A stretch of 64,000 nucleotides of DNA, taken from contig NW_015162482.1 in the NCBI RefSeq assembly GCF_001447785.1, positions 287,930 to 351,929 on the forward strand. Reading direction: 5' to 3'. Below are positions 24,303-36,383 of this stretch, piece by piece. How positions within the stretch are numbered: position 1 is the stretch's first letter; every line of letters starts with the position of its first letter. A program made the translations under genes and the position numbers. The stretch is from Gekko japonicus (taxonomy: Eukaryota). Below the pieces are notes generated by a model that saw only the letters and a program-made list of their open reading frames with translations, had not been told where the DNA came from and did no database searches.

Positions 24303-25342
24303 AGAAGTCTGGAACCACGAGGAAAGAACTGAAGCATTGCATAGGTATTAACATGACACATTAAGTCGTACCAGAATTACACAATAGGATTCTACTTACA
24401 GTAAGCTGTACAAAACAGTATAGATCACAGTCTCTAATCATTCACCTGAGTACGTTTGTGAACTGTTTTGTATAGTGCAATGCTATTACCTGTGCAGAAA
24501 AGCCCCCTTACAGTGCAACCCTATGAACATTCTTCTGGGAATAAGCTACACTGAGAAGACCTGCTTAGGCTTGCTCTCTTTGTGGTTTGGGTCAGAATAT
24601 CAAACACTTAGATGGAAACAAGCTTCTCCAAAGATTCTCTAGAGGTGTAATAAAGCCAGGTGAATTTGATTGGTGGCTCTAACTGGTGGCCAGCTGACTG
24701 TGCTTAGAACTCTAGATCACCTCACCTATGCCATAATTCTGTCTCGGAGAATGCAGGGTAGGTTATTGCTATAGCTGCTAACATGGATTCTATTCAATTT
24801 CATTTCTTGCTCTAAGAATTCAAGTTTGGCACTGGAGTCTCCCGTACTATGAATTAGCCTTTTATCCTAGCAAGTGGAGGCTGGCTGAAAAGGAAAGTAC
24901 TTTCTGAGCATTTCCTTTACTGTCTTCTGCTTTCCCTGTTGCGTGTATTAAGATTAGGGAGTAGATCCTGAAAGTGAATTTGGCCCTCCACCCACCCCCA
25001 CTGTACAAAGCAAATTATATTCTAAGGTGGAACTGGAAACCCTGCAATCTTCGATCACTTAGCAGCTAGAGGACTGCAGTTAGGCCATCTTCACTAGGCC
25101 TGTTACATATAGGAAGAGAGTGATGGTTGATACTAAATCCTCCTCTGCAACTGTCTAGTCTAGGCTGTACTATCCCCATCCCAAAGCTGCCCAAATAAAT
25201 GCATTTCTGTAAGAATGGAGAAAGAAGAAGAAGAAGAGAGAGAAGAGATTGGATGGAAATAATACATCTGCTCATAAACCAGCTCAGTCCAAGCATCTAC
25301 ATGCTAACAGATGACCACTTCTGTGAAGGAACATGCATATTA

Positions 25343-26155
25343 TCTCCCTTATATATAAAAGTCGAATGGTGGTGGCACTTCTCTAGAACATTCCACACGC
25401 TCTGGAATTGGTTGGCGTCCTGGTGTGTCACTCAGAATCTGTCCCTATCCACTGGCTGCATTGCTTGAGTCTCGCCTCCAACATTCTAAACAGTTTGCTG
25501 TTCCCCTCCCCCCCATAGCCAGTCAGAACACAGAGGTTATTTGCATATGCAGCCTCATTGGCCTTTGCCTTGGAACACAGAGGTCGTTTGCATATGCAAT
25601 TTGATTGGCTTTTTCCTCTAACATTCTAAACAGTTTGCTGTTCCCCTCCCCCCCATAGCCAGTCAGAACACAGAGGTTATTTGCATATGCAGCCTCATTG
25701 GCCTTTGCCTTGGAACACAGAGGTCGTTTGCATATGCAATTTGATTGGCTTTTTCCTCTAACATTCTAAACAGTTTGCTGTTCCCCTCCCCCCCATAGCC
25801 AGTCAGAACACAGAGGTTATTTGCATATGCAGCCTCATTGGCCTTTGCCTTGGAACACAGAGGTCGTTTGCATATGCAATTTGATTGGCTTTTTCCTCTA
25901 ACATTCTAAACAGTTTGCTGTTCTGAGGTAAAATGTGTCCAGTCTCCAGGTGAGGGCTGGAGATCACTCAAAATTACAACTGTTCTTTAGGTATCAGAGA
26001 TCAGTTTCTCTGGAGAAAATGGTGGACTCAGTGTCATTATACCCTGCTGAGGTCGCCACAGCAAATTGACACTGAGTGTCCAAGGCCGGGGCATCCGCCC
26101 AGAGCCTCTTTCTAGAGCTCATTGTATTTATTTCCACAACGGGCCTTTTTCCTAG
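25343..26155 (+). mobile_element. Non-autonomous Helitron, copy 1
   Basis: Starts A|TC (TCTCCCTTATATATAAAAG) and ends CTAG|T; subterminal hairpin remnant (ATTGT...ACAACGGGCC); no TSD; homology to 51697-52634 stops at these termini. Confidence 0.88.
25481..25923 (+). repeat. Tandem array of 3 identical 140-bp units plus 23 bp, inside the Helitron
   Basis: Units start at 25481, 25621, 25761 and 25901 and are identical by eye; each holds two sub-repeats GAACACAGAGGT..TTTGCATATGCA-N5-ATTGG. Confidence 0.97.
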
Positions 26156-29101
26156 TTATATATAACTAATGACAGCACTTTATACACACACACAACTAAT
26201 GATAATGAAAAACCCTCCAAATAGAGGGAATGTATATGGAGTAACTAAGCTGCCTTTTGCTTGCATTTTTCAGTCTGCATTCCTGATCCTTTGCTTCTGG
26301 GCCTGTTATCCATTGCAGTCTATTCCTGCATTCCTTAATGTCCCTACAAGGTATTTGAAAATTGGTTATTAGATATTCAAATAGGTCTGGGATGAGATGG
26401 GGATTGGTGTAGTTACTGCTGATGTCACAAAGACCTCTAGTGGCTTGCTAAAGCCAGGGAAAACATTGATTATTTCATATGCTGTCTTTAAGGGCATTTG
26501 CAGGGGGGGTGATAATGACGTTAGCTTTCTAATGGTGCTACTCCCATCCACTATCATGGGGGCAGACATTCATATTACTGTAAAAGATGCTAGAAACAGG
26601 TGGGATATTAGTAGACTTGCTAGTAGCATCTTTTATAGTAATGTAAGGCTAATCAGTTCATGTATTCTGTTAACTTGACAAAACTAAGTCTGAAAAATAC
26701 AGATATATAATGGCAAGTGAGCACAGATGTACAAAAATAATCCCATGAGTGTGTGGCACAAAAATGCACACCTCATTTTATGTCTTTGCAAACATAAAGA
26801 GAGCCCTGCTGGGTCAGATCAAGAGCTCATCTAGTCCAGCAGCCAGCCAGATACCTTTGGGAAGCTCACAAACAGGCCACGAAGACAACAATCTTCCCCT
26901 GCTTTTGTCTCCTAGCAACCAGTTTCAGAGGTACACTGCTTCTGAATATTGAGGTTCTATGTACCACCATAATTAATAGAGCCTGAAGTTGCTTTGTCCT
27001 ATATAGTTTCAGAACTGTATTTATTCGTGCCAAACTTTAAGAAGGCTCTTTCAGCAAGAGCTCAGCTAGAATAAGAAACCAAAGCAATTATCATGGCTTT
27101 TTGCATGCAATACCAGCCAGTGATTTATTTCAACTCCAGGATGGCTGATGGATTTCCCTAAAAGTCTTGTATGTGGCATAAAAGCAAGAACATGAGGACT
27201 GTTTTGCTGGCTCCCACCAGTGACCCTTCTAAGTGTCACCAGTAGCTGTCCAGATGTCACAGAGCAGTTGACAAACAAGAAATTACAATAGCAGTCATCA
27301 TTTGTTATTAGATCACCTGTATCTGGCAGCTGGAGGACATCATCTTTATAGTCAAAGGAGGCTGTGCTGTTGATTCAGACGTAAAACAGTAAGTCTGTAA
27401 AATTCCTGAACTAACAAAAAAGCACATAATTTATTATTCAAGTTAGCCTTCATGCCAGATTACTAGAACGTGATCAACCTTTTTAAAAGGGATTCTGGAG
27501 CAGAAGGGTCCAGAATTATAGGACAGGCCTGTTACCTTACCTTCTGTCCAGGTAATATTTGTTAAAAAAAACACCCCATTAAGAATAGAAAAATGTGCAA
27601 ATTGACATGCCCTGTTGAAGAATAATACATATAACTTCTGCAGAGAGAAGTTGTTCTTTGAGAGTGGTGTCAAGGGTACATATGCTGATCTAATGAATAG
27701 AACTGGTGATGATATACCATGTCTCCCCTGGGTGCCTAGTTTGAGCCACTGGAATCATTAAAGTGCAACACCAAGTCAAAGCCAGTAGACTCTATATTGC
27801 CCCTCAGTTTTCTGAGCTGCCCTGGCTATTTCCTCATTGGTCTTTGAGAAACAGATGTTACTCCAAACCACATTTTCTGACATGGAAAAAGCATGCAGAA
27901 GTCCCGCTTCCAACCATCTGTGCAGGCAGCACCTAGCACCAGGCTTCCTGTCTAAGTCCACACTTCCCCTCCCCCCATTCCATCTACAGATGGAATTATT
28001 TCTGTCCATGGAAATGCACTAGTGGATCCAAGACTTCAGCACTTACCATACTTTTCCAAGCTGACCTAGAAGTCATTGAGGCAGACTTGTTGCAGTTATC
28101 TAACAATTAAGTGTTTCCTTCTTCAAGATAAAAACAGTGGAAGAACTGGAGCTGCAAAAATCGTCTCGTGATCTTGAAGAAGTATCTGTTGCTTAGCCAG
28201 AGGTACCTAGAATTTGGCTGGTGGGTCTTAATGCTTGACAGTAACCGGGTGAATTAGTCAAGAAACTTGTCCACTTCTGTCCCAAATCAGTAGTCTAGAT
28301 CAGGAGCCCATTTTGCCAGTACAGGCTACTACCGCCTGCTGCTGTGCCTATACATTTTTCATTTAAGTTCATGGTGGAACTGGGTGCTACTGTTCGGGGC
28401 TATTCACTGATTTAGAGGAACAGTGCTGTCTTCATCCTAAGATAGGATTAATTTTATCTTTTACATTTTATGCTGTGGTCTTTATGGGACAAAACTCTAC
28501 AAAGCACTAACAACTTCCTTGTTAATTTTCTGAAAGAGCCACGGCAATGGAAGAACAAAGACATCCATACAGGATTCAGATTTTCCATAACACATAAAGC
28601 ATATATTCCCCTCTCCCAGGTTTACAAATTCAGATCCCCCCAAAGTATGTTATAGATATAATGACACCTGCCCCCTACAAGGATAATGATGTGTGTGTTA
28701 TATTGTAGAGGGCAGGGATAAAGCCACCAGCTTTTCTTCCTCTGGTGGGAGCCCTGTACCTTTTAATAGTAGCATGGAAAGTAGAAAACAACACCTAAAT
28801 CTTTTCCTGGTGTGCTTTTCATTTCTTAGTAGTTGAACAAAACATTCAGCATGTAGATAAGATAGCAATACACTGCAATCTTTCTTGTTTCTCTCCCCAA
28901 CCAATTTCCACCTACTTAACAATACCTTTCCAAACAACCACCTGTCTTCTTTTTATGCCCCAGCAACATGTCTATACCATAAAATCCAATGATATAAAAG
29001 AGAAAACGGATATATAGAGAAAATATCTGATAAAGCAACCACTCTGTCTCAGCCAGTCTTTACTATGGCATCTGAGAAATAAGAACCGTCCCCCCGTTAA
29101 A

Positions 29102-29308
29102 AGGGCTGTGGCTCGGTGGTAGAGCATCTGCTCAGCATGCAGAAAGTCCTAGGTTCAACCCCTGGTATCTCCAGTTAAAAGATCTGGCAATAGGTGATGT
29201 GAAAGACCTCTACCTGAGACCCTGGAGAGCTGCTACCAGTCTGAATAGACGATACTGACTTTGATGGACCAAGGGCGTGATTCAGTATAAGGCACTTTCA
29301 TGTGTTCA
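29102..29308 (+). mobile_element. tRNA-derived SINE (Squam2-like)
   Basis: GGGCTGTGGCTCGGTGGTAGAGCA...GGTTCAACCCCTGG tRNA head; reverse copy at 58425-58632. Confidence 0.8.
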
Positions 29309-29395
29309 AAAGGATCTGCAGAACTGTTACCTCTTACAGAGATGTTAAAGATACAGGAGCTCTGGATGGGTGTGTGTATGTCAGATCTAGCAGGT

Positions 29396-29836
29396 AACAA
29401 AGAAAGCAAAACTGGGGCCAATGTAGAACCAATGATACACTCTAAAACATAAGTAGTATGCTGAATACAATTGCTTTATACTAGATAGTCACTATTAAGT
29501 GTACAAAATTTCCCCAAACATTTACAATAACAAGATAATACAATAGAATGTCAGTAGCTGCCAACAGCCCCTTCGTCAAGCTCTAGTAGCTTTTAGCTCA
29601 ATAAGCCTTATACTCTTTTGACTGCCAACAGTAACTGTTTAGGAATTCCACTGATATCTTGGGGCTGTTGGCAGCTACTGACATTCTATTGTATTATCTT
29701 GTTATTGTAAATGTTTGGGGAAATTTTGTACACTTAATAGTGACTATCTAGTATAAAGCAATTGTATTCAGCATACTACTTATGTTTTAGAGTGTATCAT
29801 TGGTTCTACATTGGCCCCAGTTTTGCTTTCTTTGTT
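29396..29836. repeat. Perfect 176-bp inverted repeat with an 89-bp spacer
   Basis: 29396-29571 is the exact reverse complement of 29661-29836; flanked by direct repeat AGATCTAGCAGGTAA (29383-29397 and 29866-29880). Confidence 0.97.
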
Positions 29837-29904
29837 GTGTGATTACTGGGAGGTCTGTTTTGTTTAGATCTAGCAGGTAAGCACAGCTTGCAAACCCTGA
29901 TTCG

Positions 29905-30215
29905 TATGGCACAGAAGAAGGCAATGGTAAACCACTTCTGATCATCTCTTACTTCAAAAACCCTATGATGAGACAATCAAAAATGAAAGAAGATATAGTG
30001 TGGCGAGATGGAACCCCAGGGTCGGATGGCATTAGCTACTGGGGAAAAGCTGAGGACAACTACGAGTAGCGCTACTCTTGATGACGCGACTGGGCTGAAG
30101 CTGAAAGGATGTTCAGCTGACAATGTGAATGGATGCAAGAGGAAAGTCCAGAGCTGTTCCATGGATATAATAGGAACATGGAATATGAGAATGAAACCTT
30201 GCAAACTGGAGAAAA
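29905..30215 (+). mobile_element. RTE/BovB LINE 5' fragment (UTR and endonuclease start)
   Basis: GAAGGCAATGGTAAACCACT motif; translation IIGTWNMR..KLE resembles the RTE endonuclease start IGTWNVR. Confidence 0.7.
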
Positions 30216-30742
30216 CAAAAACCCATTGAAAGTAACCCACAGATGAGCTCATCAGAGAGGAAATGTAACAGAGCAGGCAAATAAATAAAATGAGAAATCC
30301 TAAGAACATGAGGAGGAAAGCAAGGAAACTCACTATTGTTACCAAATGGTGTACTAAATGACTGAGTGGGAGAAACAAATATGAGGGTGACATCATAGTC
30401 CAACTAATGGCTCCATCTTCCCTTTTCAAAAATGGGCCACAACTTTCCTCACTCCTCTCTGATGTGTACATACCTTATGAATTAATCCACTGACACAATA
30501 TGCTGAAGCAGCCTTTTAAATGCAGACCTTTGTAGTGAGTAACCAGTATGCAGGATGGGGCATGAATACTGCTATCACACCCATTGTCTGTCACATCACA
30601 GGCATTTTAGAGGCTTTTTCATAGCAGCTGTAGCTGAGGTTTACTCAGGGGAGTCAGGCTCAATTGGAGATCCTCCTCTCACCCTTTGCATTAAATACGT
30701 CATAGACAGTGATCAACCTAGAGACTGATGTGTGGACCATTA

Positions 30743-31084
30743 GTGAAGGTAAAGGTTTCCCTTGGTCAAAAGCCAGTCGAATCTGACTCTAGGGATGCGG
30801 TGCTCATCTCCGTTTCCAAGCTGAAGAGCCAGCGCTGTCCAAAGACATTTCTGTGATCACGTGGCCGGCATGACTAGATGCCGAGGTGCACGAAATGCTG
30901 TTACCTCCCCACCGAAGCGGTACCTATTTATCTACTTGCAATTTTCTTGCTGTCGAACTGCTAGGTTGGCAGGAGCTGGGACCAGAGACGGGAGCTCACT
31001 CCGTCTTGCGGCACTCTGGTCTCGAACTACCGACCTTCCGCTCTGCAGTTCAGCGTCTTAACCACTTGAGCCACCATAGCCCCA
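30743..31084 (-). mobile_element. Sauria SINE, full length
   Basis: AAGGTAAAGG tail, GCGGTGCTCATCTCCGTT and TACCTATTTATCTACTTGCA motifs; 13-bp TSD GTGTGGACCATTA (30730-30742 and 31085-31097). Confidence 0.9.
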
Positions 31085-32719
31085 GTGTGGACCATTACTC
31101 CATCACTATTGCTCTACCTCCTTCCTTCCAGCTCCAAATATTTTTCCTGGCTGTTGCTGAAGATGCCTGAGGTAAAGCGCAGCATTTAGAAAGAGGTGTC
31201 AAATGCCTGATTCTGGATGTTGGTGATGGAGCCACTAAAAAGACTGTAAATCACAGGGAAATCATACAGTCATTAAGAGAAAGTACCATTTTGTCTTCAT
31301 TTCTGCCCTTAAAATAGTACCAGCTATGCAACAATCTCACAAAGATCAATTCATGCACTGCTGATGGAAACATATTACAGAGAAGTACATTGGAAAAGTG
31401 AAACCTCACAATTATTAAAGCAAGCAAGAACTCCAGACGAAGCACAGCTCAAGCCTTGTGGATTCAGTTATACATTTCTATTACTCATTCCGGGAGCTGA
31501 AGAAACTTCATACCTTCTGGTGCACCATAAGATGGCAAGGGTGTACAAGGCTGGTTCACATATGTGTTCATGTTTTGATCATTCTTACATAAGTAAGCTG
31601 AATGCGTAAACTGACTTTTGCAAACCAAATTGCCAGGGTCAGTTCATAAATATGTGCCAATGTTGACAGATGTTTTGGAATAGTATATTTCAAGATGGTG
31701 GTGATCCGTATGTATTTTAATATGCTATATGTTGTAATTTTAATAATTCTTTTCTTGGTCCTTTCTCTTTTCCATATATTTTTAATTTTTAAAAAGTAAA
31801 CCGTGTGTGGGTTGTGAAATTATAGGAAAGGTTAATTTGATTATGTGGAATCTAATCTGTGATGACTCATTTGCACATGTAAATCGCTGTAACCTGTCTT
31901 GGGTCCTTTTTAGGAGAAAGATGGGTTAAAGATATCTAAAATAAAACAATAAATGCATAATGCTGCAGTCGTCAAGCAGTGGTCATACATGTATGTGCTA
32001 TCCCTCTACTTACTTTCTTGATTGGCTGAAATTCTGGATCATCTCATATGCTGGTTCATTTCCTGTTTTCTGGACTTTTCTTTAAAAGACTTGCTTGATT
32101 CCTAGTCATTAGAAAAAGAAATGGAGGGTTGAGCCATTCTAAAGATGTTCTGCCCTCTCTTTTATTGGGAGTTCGCTAACTTAACAGCAAATTATAAAAT
32201 ATCCAAGGTGGGTGTTTGATCACTGTTGCCAACATTTTTCTCTGTGTGTTTTTCTCCTGATTTTTCCTAACAGTTTTACACTGACCAAGTACCAAACTGT
32301 ACATTATATACAGGACTTATTCAAGTTACGTCGTCACCCCAATTAAGGTACACATTTAATTTACTGATTTTTCCTAAAACCTGCACCTGGCTCCAAACGA
32401 AGGACCTGGGGCAATGTTAGAGTTTTCGCCTGGACTTGGCTTGTACTGGTGGGAGTCCGAGGGGTGATGACCTTCTGCCCCCTTCTTGTGCCCCAATGGC
32501 CATCACTGAGCTGAGAACCTCTGGTGAATCAGTGCCTTCCTCTTTGTGCCACCACACACAATCACTTAAGTGGTTTGCCCCCCCCCCAATAGCCCCGATT
32601 ATGTGGGAGATCCCTGATCAGATCTCCTGGTATGTTCTTTCACTTTTATAAAATTAATTATTTTGCTTTTACAAAGAGAACATTATTATAATCTCTCCCA
32701 CTGTTCACTGTTTGTATTA

Positions 32720-32955
32720 CCAGTTTGGTGTAGTGGTTAAGAGCGGTGGACTCTAATCTGAAGAACCGGGTTTGATTCCCCACTCATCCACATTAAGCCT
32801 GCTGGGTGACCTTGGGTCAGTTACAGTTCTCTCAAGAGCGCTCTGTCAGCCCCACCTACCTCACAGGGTGTCTGTTGTGGGAGAGGAAGGGAAGGTGATT
32901 GTAAGCCGCTCTGAGACCCCAAGTGAAGGGCAGGATCGTCTCCTTCTCCTTCTCA
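32720..32955 (+). mobile_element. tRNA-derived SINE (Squam3-like)
   Basis: Same head and body as the 11278 copy. Confidence 0.85.
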
Positions 32956-33214
32956 TTGTACATGACACATCAAGGCTAGTACTTTTTACATTGTTTCTAA
33001 TTTTTGTGATCCTAGACACATTGTTTGCTGGATGTCTCATGCTATTTGATTGCATTGTTTTACCCAATGTAATCCTCTTTGAGTTTCAGCAAGAAAGGTG
33101 GGATATAAATAAACAAATAAAAAGCAGCAGTGAAGGGCACTCCAAATTGGATCAGGGCCACAATGCTGTGGAAAAGAGGTTGAAACTTTTCCTCCTATCC
33201 TATTTCTCTCTCTT

Positions 33215-35795
33215 TTTTTAAGTACTCGAGGGTACACTTTTATTATTATTTTTTCATTACATACTACAGACATACATACAAACAACACCCAACTACCCCC
33301 AACAACATATAACATCTAACAAGAGACTTTTATCACTTCTTCTGCTTATTAATTTTCTAAATTCATTATCTGTTTTACTAAGCTTATCTTTTCTGTGTTC
33401 TCAAATTACTACATTTATCTATCAGTTGCGTTTACATTATACCAATAATAGAATCTCTTCCAAGTTTCCATTCTGTGCCGGCTCTCAACTCAAGTGTCAG
33501 TTTGTCATTTTCCGCCATTTCAAATAGTTTATTCACGTACTCTTGTTTCGTTGGTATTTCCATTATTTTCCAATATTTGGCACATACTATCCTTGCAGCT
33601 GTCGACATATGAACTATCAAATACCTATCTGCTTTATCAAAGTCTTTCAGAAATATATTCAGTAACAGTATCTCTGGAGTAAATGGGATATTCTTGTTAT
33701 TTTTTCCATTATCTCATGAATCCATCTCCAATACCTCTTTGTAACGTCACATAGCCACCACATGTGATAAAAAGAGCCAATCTTATTTTTACATTTCCAG
33801 CATTTTTCGGAGCAGTTACTATTTTGTTTAGCTAATATATCTGGTGTAATATACCATCTATAAAACATCTTATACATGTTCTCTTTTTATGGCACAGCAT
33901 TAGTTAATTTTATATTCTTCAGCCAAATCTGCTCCCACTCTTCTAAATTAATATTATGGCCTATTTCTTCTAGTTCAATTATTTTCTTATTAAAACCTTG
34001 TTTCTTAACCTTCAAATATATTGATTCCAGTTTCGCTTTCTTCCACCAGGATAATTGTTCTGGTAATTTAAGATTGTCTTTTTTATCCAGAATATCCTGG
34101 TATCTTAACGATTCTTCTCCCATATATACATTGGGTAAGGTAAATGCCTCTAAAGTATAATCAGTCTTGATCTTTTAGTATAAAAATTTTTATGTATAGG
34201 GTCCCATACCTTTAGTAATGCTGCTCTCAGCCAATGCTGCTTAAAATATTTTTGAGAGCCTGCTTTTTCATACCACAGTAAAGCATTCCATCCTAACAGT
34301 AAATCATGGCCCTCAATTTTTAAAAGTCTCTTATCTTCTAAAGTAATCCATTCTTTAATCCATACTAATGCTGCAGCTCTATAATACAGTAACCAATTCG
34401 ACACACCAAACCCCCCTCTTTCTTTTACATCATGTAGCATTTTCTTTAAAACAACAACAACAACAATTTTATTAGGATATATCAGTAAGTCAAACTATAC
34501 ATCATCTTACAATCTGTCTTATATCCTTTTCTCCTAGTATCCCCCCCTTCTGACTTCCCGCAGTGCTCCAACCTCCAGTCCAACTCTTATATTTTCCCCC
34601 TCTTTTTTTTCATTCTTCAATAATAAAATTCTTCAGGTAACATAACCTTTAACTTTTGTTCTTATATATTTAAACTTATTCTAAATGTCCTTCTATCTTC
34701 AATAGTTATCAAAGCAAAATAGATTATTTTTCACTTCCCAATATTTCTCTAAATATTACATCATGTAGCATTTTAAATCTTATTCATGCCCTTTTCCCTT
34801 GCCATATAAACTTGGATGTCATCTGGTCTAATTCTTTAAACAAGTTTTGATTTTGTAATACAGAAATACCGGTAGTTTGAAATAAGAACATCCATCTAGG
34901 TAAAAATGTTCATTTTTATTGTAGCGATTCTTCCCATCATGGAAAGTTGCAGATTTTTCCAGTTGTCCAAGTCTTGTTTAGTTTTTTGTAGCAGTGCATT
35001 ATAGTTGTCTTCATAGAGTGTACTACATTTGTTTGTAACTAATTCCTAGATATTTAGGGTTTTTTTACAATCTGACATCTTGTGATTTCTTGTAACTTCT
35101 CTTTTTGTTTGCCTTCCAAGTTCTTAGTTATAATTTTAGTTTTTTCTACATTTATTTTGAAGCCCACCACTGTTCCATACTCTTCAATCTTATCCATCAA
35201 TGCTCCTGCTGCTTCTATCAGGTTTTCAAGTATTAATGCCACATCATCTGCAAAAGCTAGTATTTTAAAGTGTTCTTTCTTTACTTGAAGTCGAGTTATT
35301 TTACTCTCTCTTCTGATGGCTTCATTCATAACTTCCAGTACCATAATAAACAAAAGTGGGGATAAGGGACATCCTTGCCCCGTACCTATCTGAATCTCAA
35401 AATTATTTGAAAGTTCTCCATTGACTATAACTCTCACTTTTTGTTCACTATATATTGCTTGAATCATAGTAATAAAACTTTCTCCTGCACCTAACATGTG
35501 AAATGTCTCCAGCATAAAAGTCCAATTAACATTGTCAAATGCTTTCTCTGCATCCAGAAAGATTATTGCCATCTGCTTCTCATGATGTAATTCATAGTAA
35601 GCCTTGTTCTCTCACCATATTACAAATATCCCTAAAGGTCAGTGCAATCTGCTCTTCAAAAATATAGTAAAATTCTATCGGGAGTCCATCTGGTCCTGGA
35701 GCTTTCCCTCTATTTTGTCTCTTTATTGCCTTGACCACTTCCATCATTGAAATTTGTTGGTTTAATATTTTTCTTTGTCCTTCTGTAAGTTTTTG
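33215..35795 (-). mobile_element. Decayed L1-clade LINE, 3' part of ORF2 (RT and CCHC domains)
   Basis: Frameshifted ORFs: KAPGPDGLPIEFY, FLDAEKAFDNVNW, GQGCPLSPLLF, LAFADD (35054-35572), ERGGFG, CWKC..GSFYHMWWLC. Confidence 0.93.
34444..34755 (-). mobile_element. 5'-truncated L1-type 3' end nested in the older L1
   Basis: 19-bp TSD TTACATCATGTAGCATTTT (34425-34443 and 34756-34774); pre-insertion site TTTT/AA; AATAAA on the minus strand near 34468. Confidence 0.8.
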
Positions 35796-35796
35796 C

Positions 35797-36383
35797 ACAT
35801 TCCTGGGATCCCAGATCACCGCAGACTGTGACAGCAGCCATGAAATTAAAAGACACCGGCTCCTTGGGAGGAAAGCGATGGCGAACCGACACAGCATGAT
35901 AAAAAGTAGAGACATCACCCTGCCAACAAAAGTCCGCTTGGTCAAAGCAATGGTATTCCCAGTAGTCATGTATGACTGCGAGAGTTGGACTATAAGGAAG
36001 GCCGAGCGCCGAAGAATAGATTCTTTTGAACTATGGTGCTGGAGAAGACTCCTGAGAGTCCCTTGGACTGCAAGGAGATCAAACCAGTCAATCCTAAAAG
36101 AAATCAACCCTGACTGTTCCCTGGAAGGCCAGATAATGAAACTGAAGCTCAAATACTTTGGCTACCAAATGAGCACTCACTGGAGAAGACCCTGATGCTG
36201 GGAAAGATTGAAGGTCAAAGAAAACGGGGATGGCAAAGGATGAGATGGTTAGACAGTTTCATAGATGCAACGAACATGAAGTTGAGTCAACTTCAGAGGG
36301 CGGCGGAAGACCGGAAGGCCTGGCGTGATCTGGTCCATGGGGTCGCAAAGAGCCGGACTCGACTGTGCAACTGAACAACAACA
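35797..36383 (+). mobile_element. RTE-BovB LINE 3' fragment
   Basis: FLGSQITAD..SHEIKR..LLGRKAM..DITLPTKVRLVKAMVFPVVMY..ESWTI..FELWCWRRLLRVPWTARRSNQSILKEI; ends CTGAACAACAAC. Confidence 0.93.

Noticed and set aside
25481-25923. Possible CRISPR-like array or snRNA/histone gene promoter cluster
   Set aside because: Units are fully identical with no unique spacers, the DNA is eukaryotic, and no snRNA or histone coding sequence follows; the array lies inside Helitron termini.
29102-29175. tRNA genes at the SINE heads (also 5611, 11278, 32720 and 58560-58632)
   Set aside because: A/B boxes are present but the cloverleaf is degenerate and each is fused to a repeated SINE body.
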